NCBI GenBank assembly: GCA_030141605.1
Contig: JAQGDQ010000002.1
Coordinates: 1,922,001-1,986,000 of the forward strand
Direction: 5' to 3'
From: Tubiluchus corallicola
Taxonomy: Eukaryota > Animalia > Priapulida
Length of the DNA stretch: 64,000 bases
Shown one piece after another: positions 41,081 to 53,500 of this stretch. Each line of letters starts with the position of its first letter. Within the stretch, counting starts at the first letter, position 1. The notes below the pieces were generated by a model that saw nothing but the letters and a program-made list of their open reading frames with translations, did no database searches and was not told the DNA's origin. The position numbers were made by a program, and so were the translations under genes.

Positions 41081-44000
41081 AAACAGGTAGTATCATTTCG
41101 TTTACTTCAAGCTCCTAAAGACTTGCCCTGGTGAGCAAACTGTTTATAATAAGAAAATCGTATGAGATTGAAAGGTAATTCACCCAGCCAACAAAGGGAT
41201 TTTATCAAGATTCTCCACCTTGACAGGTGTATCCATTATCGAGTTAACTTCCAGGTTTGAAACCATTATCGCAAGCCTAAACAGCAGATCGAAGTCCCAA
41301 GTGCTAAGTAATAGAAAAGCTTGACTGTGTCTTTCAAAAGTGATTTAAAATGATAGTATGAGTAACGATATTAACGCAAATATTGTTTCAAAATATGACG
41401 ACCTCATACTAGACTCTCTTCACCCAATATAAGAAGAGAAAATAGTCGTTTGACCACATCACGTCAGATTATGTAGGCTAGCGAATCTGGGACTGGTTTT
41501 CGTTAAAACTCAAAGCGACGACAACAGGAAAACGTGATCTAAAGGATAACAATAGCCAAAGAATCAATAAAGAAACTTTTTTGCGGACTTATTCATCTGG
41601 TGTTAAGTAAGAAAAGTAAATTCGCAAAATACACGTCAGTTCTCGGTGTAATTGTCAGTCGTTTATGCCCTTTTTACATATACAGTTCAGCAAACTGCAA
41701 ATCGATATAGCATCTAACTGTGGAGTCTGCGTCACCCATTAGTTTACTAATCGAACCCGACATTCCTTAATTTCGCAGCCTAGCGCACGCCATGACAACT
41801 TAGCTGTTCAGTTCTATAGTGTGTTTTCTTCTGCGAAATAAAGAGTTAAATCAAATTAAATCAAAATCAAATGTTCTTTTCACAAAGCTCTCAGCTCCAA
41901 TAATGTTATTTTTATTTTTTATTCTCCCTTTTCTTTGCTTCTTCTTCCTGTCTGTGTCCTTAGCGTAATGTTTAATTCCTGCTTCCGACCTCTGAAGTTC
42001 TATTTCTTTTCTCTTTCATTCCTTTTCTTACTTTCGCTTTCTCGTTTTTACTTTTTCTTCTTTTGTAATTCATTTGCTTTTTTTGTAATTTGTTTAGACC
42101 ACTTATTTTTAGGGTTAGTTCTTTGTTTATTAAGGCATCATTGAACGCTTGCCATAGGAAAGTTTACGTTTACAGAACCTTTATAATATTACAGATTATT
42201 TTGATCGTACAAGTTGGAGAGCTTTTACAAGTTCTTACTTAGCTCTTTCAAGTTTTTTTTACGTTCTCTGTCACGAACTTCGATAGTAAAGCGAATTAGA
42301 ACTTAAACTGAATTTTAAAAAAATGAAAATTAGAAAAAAGCAACATATCCGTAAGAGGTTGTATTCATATTATTGTTACCTCTTACTTCACTCTAAAAAC
42401 TTCCCATCATTTTACGCATAACCGAGAACGGCAGAGTGGGCCGCGTTGTACATAGGCAGAGTAGCTGCTTCTTTCAGATTTTAATTATTGCTGCTATTGG
42501 CATCTAGTCCTAATTAGTTTTTGAGTTTGTATAAATAAATAAATAAATGAATGAATAATATATATATATGTATATATATTGTTGTCAGTTCTTGCTAATA
42601 TGTCATTATGCTTCGTGATTATTTGCGTTTTGATTCAACTTGGCCGCACTATTTTTTTATAAAAGTTATTTGATTTTGATGTTCGTATGTTAGGAGACTC
42701 TGATACTAGCTATGCCAAAGTTGATATTTGTGTGGTTAGTACTTTTTGGGTTATATAGTTATAAATATTTTGGCTTATGCAATTTTGATTTGGGTTTGGG
42801 CAGAAATTCTGAGTTTATTACTAATGGCTTTATGCTTCTAGTTTGTCATCCTTTCGTTTCATCATATGTTTTTTCGTCATGTTATATGTAAAATGAAGTC
42901 TAACAATATACATGCATGTGAAATCAATGTCTAGCATCTCTTTTTCATAGCAAAGCGAAGGACTGCGAAGGAAAACGATTACTAACTACCTCTGACATTG
43001 ATGGTAAAAATTTCGAACCAAGCCCGCTCGCCCATGCACCTACAGCATCCTACATGGCTGTTATAAAGCATAACTATAAAAGCACAACTAATGATTTTTA
43101 ATAGACATACCATCTCACTGTATTAAAACAAAATTTAAAAGGCAATACTTTTTTCTTCAGTTTCGGAGGAAGCATTTTAATAAAGTTACCTTTCAAAATA
43201 TAACAAGTAAAATAGCTAATTTTTGGAGTTACAAGCAAATTTAACTCTGCTAAGTGAAGTTAAAAAGATCCACACAACTCTTATCCCAACCGGTCAAGTC
43301 TACAAAAAGTATTGGTCGCCTGTTTCTATTTTTTGCATTTGCTAATGTGACTTTTTTGGTTCTTTACTTTTTCTTCACGTAATTTCCTTCCTGAATTTGA
43401 AATTACTTCGTATTAGCTGTTCGTTAAATTTATTGAAATGTTAAAAATGCATATAGGTAATAATTAATTTTAAACATATAATAAAAGAAAATGAAACCTT
43501 ACTTTTTTGCGTCCCAATCCTAATTTTATTTTATTTTTTGTCTATAAAAGTGGAACTATGGCATTCATATATTCACACTAATAATAAACGGACATGTCAA
43601 CTCTTAAAATGGATGAAGCATCGACCGGACATCATAATGAGAACCGGACATTAAAACTAAGGGTCACATATACCTTTCTGGAATAAATCGAATAGTCAGG
43701 CACTGACCAATGACCAGTTGGTTTATTAACAACAATAATCAAGTTGTCAACTACTCAAGTTGTCGGTGCGTAACAGAAAGACTTATACCTTTACACAAAT
43801 GAGCCCGATAACTATTGGTCACTCAATATGAACATCATGAATTTATATCATAAGCTACGGCTAATTAATGTTAGCAGCATCCGCTTAGTTATTGATTGCA
43901 TTTTAACGGACACCATTTATTTTGAAAGTAAATTCCATAACCACAAATCACAAAAGCCGGTAATAATATCTTTTCCTACCCTATAATTAAATAGTTGGTT

Positions 44001-45130
44001 ATTTCAGCCTGTCACAGCCAGCAATTAAGCATGTTATATTAATTTTCATACATGCACATGTATAAGTTTCAATACGAAATTAAAGAATAAATTCGCTGTT
44101 AAATCTAGGTTTTTCATTTGTGTCCCAATTCTAACTAAGTTGAATTTAATTTACTATTTTTACAGATTCAGAATTAAAAGACATTTGTTTCTGAGTGCGG
44201 TTAAAGCAGGCTCGAATATATCCACCCATGGCAAAATTTACTTTTCAGTTTTGTACGTTTACCCTTAAAAATCAACGGTTTATTACATGCGTAAAGAAAA
44301 AGACATCAGTACCATAAATTACTTTTTTTTTCGTTACTTGCGATGTAAAAATAACAATTAATCTCTCAGTTGATTATCACAATTAAGTGGTTGATAAATT
44401 ACAATTAATGCCCTTCTTTGCTTATGTAATTTTTATTATTACGTTCAACAGGAGCTCATCTAACCACTAATGAGGTAACATGTTCTTTGAAAAAGTCCAC
44501 AAAGGTATAATAAACACGCAGATTGTTGTATTAATAACACAGATGTAAAATGGTATTTAATGGGGCTTGAGTCTAATTATGGCTTACCATGCAACTCATT
44601 GTTCCCTGGGATCATGTCATTTGTTTTACTAATAATGTAAAACCTTTCGACACATGTATAACGGGACATATGGCGTTTACTGCTCACCATACTTTTCGGT
44701 GACATGAGTGACAAACTGCTAACAATGGCGGATTCTCTGAAGAGCGAAACATGAATGGTTCTCGGTTTCGATTACCACCACAGGTCGCAAAAACGTATAA
44801 TTTCTAATGCTGCACACCTCTCGCGATTTAGGTAAAAAAATATGACATGCAGATGATACACAATTAAGGAGGTGAGGCGCAGCATGAATGGCCTAAATAG
44901 GCCTACAGGCGGAAATATTAGGATTTCGTACAGAAAATTTACCACAGCAGGCTTACAGCTTTCACTATTCCTTGATAAGACGTACCACGTCACAAATATT
45001 ATTAGTGATGGAATAAATTTAAAATTATGTCTTTGATGTCAAACTTGCGTTGGTTGATACGAGAGAAATGTGAAGTGAAAAATGAGACTACTAGGCCTAA
45101 ATTAAGGCGTACATTCCTTTATCACAAAGA

Positions 45131-45199
45131 GCCGTGTAATCCAATCGTCATAATATAGGATTGGACTTGAGATCTAAAAGTTCCCTTGTTCAAATCCCT
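45131..45199 (+). pseudogene. tRNA-like relic (SINE head or tRNA pseudogene)
   Basis: TTGGACTTGAGATCTAAAAGTTCCCTTGTTCAAATCCC resembles a tRNA anticodon arm plus T arm; the D arm and acceptor stem are broken. Confidence 0.45.
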
Positions 45200-45429
45200 A
45201 TTTTTTTAGCATTTTGCATCGTTCGGCGGACTTTGATTTCAATAAGTTCGACTCCATCAATAAAGGTCATTAATTTGCTGGCATGCATGATTTAAATATG
45301 GCTGCACCACTGCAAAGAATTTGGCACATCGTATTATCTCATTCGAAAGTCAGATGCTCGGCTTGCTGAATGTAGCTTTTTCACCCATACGTCATTTTTC
45401 TAGGTAACCTTGTGAAATTAATAAATGAA

Positions 45430-46382
45430 TGTATAAAATTAATAGATCTGTAAATAATATTTAATAATAATAATTAAAGAAAATAAAAAAATAAATATTG
45501 ACTATTTGTAGAAAAACATACATTACCCAGTAACATAACTTACATTTTTTTAATGGAAAATGAATTGACCAGGCAAGTATGAGATATTATCCATATTCAA
45601 TTTGCAATTTCTTTGCAAATCCAATGACTTTAAACCCCAAAGTCCATAACACCAGATTGAATGAATACATTATACCGCCCTGTAGAACCAATACAATATG
45701 AAACACTTTATAGCACGACTGCATCTAAAATCTGGAATTCTCTCACTGTAGTTGTAAAACAAGTACGTTCAATTTACAAATTTAAGAAGTGAAACATTAT
45801 TTGTTCAGTAACTATCGACTACCTGTGTATTTGGGTGTTTTTGTTTATTTGGTTAATGTATAATATATGTATATGATGTACATCTTTGTCAACTGTCATG
45901 TGTTCGTCATTGTCGTCTATTATGTATATTTTGATAAGCAGTTATGTAATGTATAATGTATTATGTACGTATTAATAATGTAATGTATATAGCTTATATG
46001 TATTTTGACAAGCAGGGTATAATGTATGATATATGTATTATGCATGTATATACAAATAATGTAATGTATTTAACCTCACGAGGTTTCATGCATATAATGT
46101 ACATATTACGTTACTTAACCTCCCTTGACTTGACTAACCTGCACCTCTAATCGCATTCATCTCTACACACACACACACACTAATTTTAAACCTTGCCTGG
46201 TCTTGCCTAACTCTTTCTCACTATTAATATTGTGCTTACAACAAACGTTTCTTTCAACACACATTGAAGTAGTTTTATTGTGAGCAATTAGTTTTTTGGT
46301 AAGTCATTTTGTAATCATTGTTTCGTATCATTGAATGTACATTGCATTTTGTGAGAAATAAATCTAAATTTAAATCTAAAAT
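45430..46382 (+). mobile_element. L2/CR1-group LINE 3' relic with 3'UTR
   Basis: Peptides HNTR..YIIPPCRTNT and TASKIWNSL..VKQVRSIYKFKK* (about 45645-45792), then an AT-rich tail ending AATAAATCTAAATTTAAATCTAAA. Boundaries approximate. Confidence 0.7.
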
Positions 46383-47902
46383 TAATTGTAAAGCATGTTA
46401 TTCCATGAGAATGCTTGCCATTAAACAAATGCAAAACATAAATGCACACGTTTAAAGAACAACCATTTTTACAACTCAAACAATTTAAAGTGAATGGCAA
46501 TTAACTTTAAATTTAGCAAACTTGACTAAAAATTTTTTAATTAGCTAAGAAGCTGCTGATATACCAATACACCGTGCAGTTTGTTAAATCGGGCTAATGT
46601 AAAACATTCTTTTATTTATATAATTTCTGGTCTTGTCACAGAATTCAAGCGTAGAAGTATACACAGGTTCTCCTGCCTTGTCAAGTTTCTATTGTATCGA
46701 ACGCGACTCAAATTAATTTGTTGTTAATAACATTCATTTGGCCTTATATAACAACTTCTTGGTGTGAATCGCTGGGGATTTTAAGCGCTTGCGATTATTA
46801 ACTCATCCTCGTAATGTGGTGTATGATTTATGTAGATCAATGTTAATCCGCCCGCTGGCGACATTTGTATAATACAGGCATAATAATTGCAACCAATTGT
46901 TCCTTTAGATGAATACATAAATTACACGTTTGCTCACTTTTGACGTCACATCTGTTCACCTGTTAGCATAGTGGTGTTGAACAATTTTAGATGGTAACAC
47001 GAATAAAAGCTAATGCAGTGGCTATAGAGAGAGAACAAACAATTGAACATAGAGGAAAAATAACAAAACAAAAAAGTAAGAAATTGCCTCACTAAAGCCT
47101 TAACTTGCGCTTACAGTCAAAAGTAAAGGTTGTTGATGACTCTAGGTTTTCTGATTAAAAACAGTGGCTCAAATTAAATGAACAAATGAACAAAGCGACC
47201 GGTGAGCAAACAAGGAAATAAAATAAGCAAATGCATAAACGAATGAACAAACAACTAGACGAACGCATAAACGAATGAATGAGTAAATGACATATAAATG
47301 TATTCAGCAAGTAAATTTAACACGAAACAGTTGGCACATTTTACTATTAAATATATATAAGAAGTAGTGTAATAACTTTAGCAACAAGTTGGTTAATCAA
47401 ATTGCAGGAGCTCAAAATTTTTGAGAACATTCTGGAAACCCAGTAAAGCTTCACTAGAAAATTTTATTCCCCATCATACTTCGCATGTATTAATAATTGT
47501 TATCGATGGCTTATTGTAATGTAGTAATATGCTTACCGATCAATGTCAAGTTTGTAAGATTAGACACAATGTGTAAATGCGTATTGCACTCACCGCTTGA
47601 AACAATTACGAATGAAACAACAAAAAAAGATTTTACTATAAGCTATAAACAAGCACATGATTTCATTTTTTGGAGTAGCAAGGTATTTTAATTGGCCCAA
47701 GTATTACTTCAATGACTAAAAAATATTCCGCCAAAAAGCTGCAACAGTTGCCCGACAAGCGCACCACAAAAAGTTCAATAGCTAGCTATAAATATAGCTA
47801 GCCTACCACAAGCAGTTTGGACAAAAGCATAGCAAAGTGCTAAGACGCCATAAGCACTTGTGTTAGAATACCGACACAAACGTCAGCGTACAGTGTTCAT
47901 GT

Positions 47903-48027
47903 ATACTTACCTGGCACAGAGGTTTCTATAATAAAGATGATGGATCCTCCAAAGCCAGGCTTTTCTATTGCGTTTAGGTTGGGCTTGGCCACTAGCGATT
48001 CTCTCAAATCGAGGTAACACGGATGTA
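47903..48027 (+). pseudogene. Decayed, 3'-truncated U1 snRNA copy
   Basis: Begins ATACTTACCTGGC (invariant U1 5' end), then colinear U1-like blocks AGAGGTT..GGATCCTCC (stem I), AGGCTT..ATTGC (loop II), GCGATT..AAAT..TAAC (stem III). Loop I GATCACGAAG is degraded to AATAAAGATG; there is no intact Sm site or stem IV. Confidence 0.8.
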
Positions 48028-50474
48028 TTTCCGCCTGGTTCTTGGAAATGACTGCATTTATGCTATCCTCTAAAAAGTAATTTGAAAAAATCATTAACTA
48101 TAAAGGTGTTACCTATATTTTCAAATTATTCAACTACTCCACAGGACGTACGAAACTTCACTAAATTCTGGGATTAAATCAATCTTGCTTTAAAAAAGAA
48201 GCAAATGAGTACATAAATTAATCAGCAATTACGACAAAAAGTAAATTAATAAAAAAATCTGTATAATGCACAACATGGTGAAGAATCGGCAACTTCTACT
48301 ACCTAACAGTTTTCTTTTAATACACCCCATTGGCGTGACTTAATGAATGTCCATTTGGTCAATTTTCACGACAATTTGTAATCCTATAATTTATCTAATG
48401 TCCAGCTGGTCAGCTTGCCAGCCTTTTAAATCGTTGCTACCGTATGTCACCTTACTTAACACCTTGCTTGCAGCGCTATAAATCATACATATGTAATCAC
48501 CACGTAATTTGAATTATTAATACACCTGTATTGACCATATGTTCACCTTTCAGGCTTAAATTGACCATTAGCCATTTTAACAATATGTTTTCAAAAAACG
48601 ACTTAACAAATGCCTACGTACGGCTCTCTAAAACACATGCAGCATGTCGAAATTTCTCGGTCCTATGTAAAATCATCACTGGCAATTAAGTTTTGCAGTT
48701 TGTTTTGTCGTAGGGCGTGCAATATTTCCAAGGTTACCTTTTACTAGATGCGCCCTATGTGTTCGTAAACCTAAAGCAGAAAGGGAATTTAATTCTTTAC
48801 CAAATTTAACCAGATGAGTAACTCACACGCCCTCCATCATTAACCCAGTATGCGGGCGCTCTCGGTAATTATAATCCCAGGGAAAAAACAGATGCGCTGC
48901 CAAAAAAGGACAACGCTCATTACACACAGGTGAGCGAAGACAATATCTGTGCCGTTCTTTACGAACGTATAATAATCTCATTCAGGTCTTTTGTTTGCCT
49001 GAATTTATGAAATGATCAAGAATCAATAAAAGCAAGAATGAGCTAGATGAAGGTGATAGTGAATACAAGCCAGATGGCTTAATTCAAAGTTGCATAACCT
49101 ATGGCTAATTACTCTATCATACATGTGCTACAGTTAATGAGAAGCATTTAACATTATTGAACAATGTCTATAATATGATAATGGAATTTGTTTGGACTCC
49201 CTTTTTCAAATTTTAAAATATATCAACTACTGGTATGATGTTTTTACTATTCATATATTGATATCTCATATGTACGTAGACTTCAACGATTTATAGTGTA
49301 ATAATTTATATGGACATACACCTGTGTTAATATATTCAATGATAACGTAATTAAGCGTGCGTGTTTAGAAACAACGTCACGAATTAGGTTCAAGTAAAAA
49401 AAGACTAGCTTTAAGTCACTGAAACTTACACCTGCACGAAGTAATACATCAACCAAACCATCAGCAAAGTTAATGTAATATTAGCCAAGCATTTTCTCGT
49501 GTATATAGGTAAAGCAGTCATGTGTTAAAATCGGCAAAGTTATAAAACAAAGAATAGGATATTACGAACGTCCTATAACGATTAGACATCAATACATAAT
49601 GGTTCAATGTCTCTAAGCTATATGTATGCAATGTATAATTGGATTTTAAAAACACTTTTTGTCAAAACGAGTGTTGACAACGCTATTGCCCGAGGAGAAA
49701 TTGACAAATTTATTAATAGCCACCCTTTAATAGCCGGGGAAAGTGATGAACAGATAAGTGATTAAATATATTGGCAGATGTTACAGTATCTCATACCGGC
49801 AGGCTTTAACCCTTTCATATTTATCTGACTAATTAGTCCCTCGCGTTACCTGACAGGTACGCCTGTTCATGAGGCCTCCGGGACAATTAGGACTCTGCTC
49901 CATATGGGGAGTCATTCGTTTAATTCTAGCGTGCTTTCATTTTGTTCATTCTGTTTTGTGGAAAATTAACCCCCTATCTCACGCACCAGTGAAACTTGCA
50001 GAAGATTTATTGAATCATGGCAGCATAACACTTGGTATCATCTGCGAAGCCTTTTCGCTTTATAAAAGATATGATTTACGAGTTGGCGATATTACCGTGA
50101 TAATTATACGTAACATTTTATAGCTCTATAGTTTGTTGTTGTTTTCGAGTCATATTGGATCACGTGATCATGCAAGCGTGCGAAGACAACACAAAAAATC
50201 GTAGTTGTTATTATTTGATATGTATAGTTTAATCAAGTCGAATTTTAAACAACATTGTAGTGCGTAACTATAAAGTGAATGTAAGCTATATATAACTATA
50301 TAAAAATTTAAATTTAATAGTAAAAACTACTTGATACCATTGATAGTTTTCTGAACAGTGATTACATATATATTATCATATCACCATAACTTATGATATT
50401 GGCCTAAATACTGTCTATATATGTTGTTTTGACATACATATATAATATCAGTAAAATTTAACAAGATTAAAGTT

Positions 50475-50577
50475 TTATTTCGCTACAAACCATGCTGAAG
50501 GGGAAACTTCCACTGCTTCGCCATTTATGGTGTCATCTTCAACAAGATTTACAAACGCTTTTCCTACCATACTCGGC
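50475..50577 (-). CDS. HPGD: HPGD-like exon 7 (QPSMVGKAFVNLVEDDTINGEAVEVSPSAWFVAK*)
   Basis: Acceptor TTAACAG|, LVEDD..NG resembles the HPGD C-terminus LIEDDALNG; the TAA stop overlaps an AATAAA. Confidence 0.9.
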
Positions 50578-53500
50578 CTGTTAATATAAAAACCAATAAG
50601 AACGTCTCCTTTTTATTTATACTTCTAGGTTGTTTAATTTTTCTTCATGAATAAGAAATCACGGATTATCATACACACAAGCCTTTTGTTTATGACTATA
50701 CTAGATAGAATGCACATCACATAGGTTTCTTACCAGCTAGCTTTGCATATTATATAGATAACATATTTGCTTACTGTACGAAATCTTCCGGTGCCAGACT
50801 TGCACGAAACTCCTCCCACTTTTCATTGTGACTATCTCTCAGTAATTTACCTTTCATATATTGAAGCTCAGTGTTAGCAAGATGAGGACATAGGCAGTTG
50901 TAACGTATCCCAGTTTCTGTCCAATAATCTGGGTGCTATTAATTAAAATATGTTTTAGAAAATTAAGCATGCCTGCAGATTTTATGGTTTGTGACATATT
51001 ATTTGATTAACAATCTTAACAAGCAGATAGCTTTCACGTCATCAAACTACCCAAATGTACTTTGAGATTTGGAAAAAAGCTTATAATGATAATTATAATT
51101 ATAATTATAACGATTTGTATTTTTACAATTTTTATGTGGTTTGGCACGCCACCAGTAATGATCCGGTAAACTTACCTAATGAATAGTAGATGGTTGTGAC
51201 GAGACACAAGCCTGTCTAATTATTAAAGGAAAAGATTGGAAAAGAAACAATAAATCGGCAAGGCCGACTTGGCCATGCACGTTCGGGCGTAGATGCATCT
51301 TCCTTCCGGCAACGACGCAATTTCTTTACGCGTTTTAGGTAGGTGTTCAGCCTCTCTTGGATAATTAAGTTGGGGTTTCCCCTGCAGTTGTCTGTTTGCA
51401 AGGAGCATAATGACAGACATGCCAAGGGGCAGTTTCTGGCAGTCACCTGTTCATTTATCAACATTGTTTAAGTTCTCAGTGCATACGCACGGACATCAAC
51501 TACTTCTCGTGCCATAGATTTCTAATATTAATTCCCTATAAGATTTTTTTTGGAAAATTGCTGGGACATGATTAGTGTCTAGAGCTGCAATATGCAAAAT
51601 CAAAAAGATTCAGAGATTATTCGGCTTTCCCTATAGCTTTTCACGATGTAGTTGTAGTCTTAGGGCAAAATGTGAACAAAATTTTATAACTGTATACACT
51701 AAACAGTAAGGGAATAGTATCCTTCTTTATATAAATAAACTTACTCCATAGCTCTTTGTTATCGACACTACACCAGATTTTGTTGCATTATAAACACCAG
51801 TGTATGGAAACCAGGGTTTCAAACCTAGTGAAAAACAGATCAAAATTTCATATACTGCAAATCATGTGATCCTAGTAACTTCATTTGACTGGTGATAGCA
51901 ATGGCAGATACAGTAGGCGCCACTTAATAGACTCACTTTGGGACCGAAGTGTTTTGAGCTAATTAACCGATGGGTGTAGTATAACTGGCATAGAAGTATG
52001 AGTCATCAGCTTACTATGCACTGCAAAGGTTTTTAATGAATTTTAGAAACCCAGTAATGCCTAAATTCCTTTATGTAGTTAAAAATTAGCAAAAATATTT
52101 TAAAATATTAATTTATAAAAGTGAAATAGCAATAAATAAAAAAAATACTTTTCTAAATCAAACAAGCATAGCGTCAAAGCAAACCATTAGGCTAGCATAT
52201 TAGCGTATGATAAACGTTCCTGCTTACGCACTTAACGTGATTCTTTCTATGTATATTATAGGACAAAAACGAACTAAGATGATAGAAAAGTCATAAAAGT
52301 TATTAGTCACACGAGAGTGACTTATTGAAGCCTGTGAAGCAAAAATATTGAGTCAATTATGCGGAGTTCTTTGAGTCAATTACCGACAGTTTTATGTACA
52401 TTTGAATGGAAGCGGCCCGTACCAGGCGTTTTTGAGTCAATTAAGCGATTGAGTCTATTAACCGTGAGTCTATTAAGCGGCGCCTGCTGTAGTAGTAGTA
52501 GTAGTAGTAGTTTCTTGACCATAAAATTAATATGTACAATCTTTAACAACGATAGCAGAATTGAAACATTTCATAGTTCAAAATTTTCTACTTTTCAGAA
52601 AGCAGTAACATTATATAAAGGTTTTAAAAAACTCTTCACAATAACAAATATTCATTCAGTGTCTCTGTCTTCTATCTAATGATGCACACGTTGATAATGA
52701 TGCACGGGCGTTGGTTATAAGTTTGAGGAACACAACTACGATTAACTAATAACTTTGCCTGTTTTGTATTCTTTTTATTAGTGACATTTTTGACTTTTGT
52801 TCCAAGGCTTTTAAACTAACTTTTTACTCGCAAGCACTTTAGAGCTATAGTATATCCAAAATTTACTTTCACAAACGTGATACTGAAATGATACTATCAC
52901 AAGAACGTTGGTTCTTTGAAAATCCGAAAGCTTGCAGATAATGATCATGACTGAATGGCCAAATGCTTACCTGAAAGAGAATAAGGCTATTGACAAGACT
53001 TCTATTGATAAGACTGACAAGTGTAAAATAGGTCTTCGTTTAAACTTAATATAACATTGCTAAATTGGTGCTATAATTTAAGAATAAATGATATTTAATA
53101 GCAATAAGTTTTATTCATAAACTTAAAGGTTGCCTATTTAAGAAACACTCTACATTTTGCAAGTATTTTTTGGATGTCACTAACAGCTGAATTAGAGTTT
53201 GCATAACCTACGTTTTTATTTTTATCGATTATAATGTAATTTTGCCATTATACAGAAATTGAGCTGTAACCTAGCGCGATATAAAAATTATATATTTTTT
53301 GACAATATTAAACCGCGTTAAATGTGCAGGGATTGCGCTTCAATAGTTTGTATACTATTCGCTGTTGTTTGCTCTGGCCGAGCCGCACTATATGTGTTCA
53401 CATCGACTTCATGTATATATACGACTCTTAAACATCAAAGGGAAGCGTCGAACAGAACATTTCGATCCTGGCCCATGCTATGTGCTCATACTACAAATAT

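Noticed and set aside
45131-45210. Functional tRNA gene
   Set aside because: D arm and acceptor stem do not form, and the B box lacks the canonical GGTTCG
47897-48094. Minus-strand ORF with GGSIIFI and a perfect donor, resembling a duplicate SDR exon 4
   Set aside because: There is no suitable acceptor, and the sequence is better explained as the antisense of the U1 snRNA copy, whose 5' end is by nature complementary to a donor site
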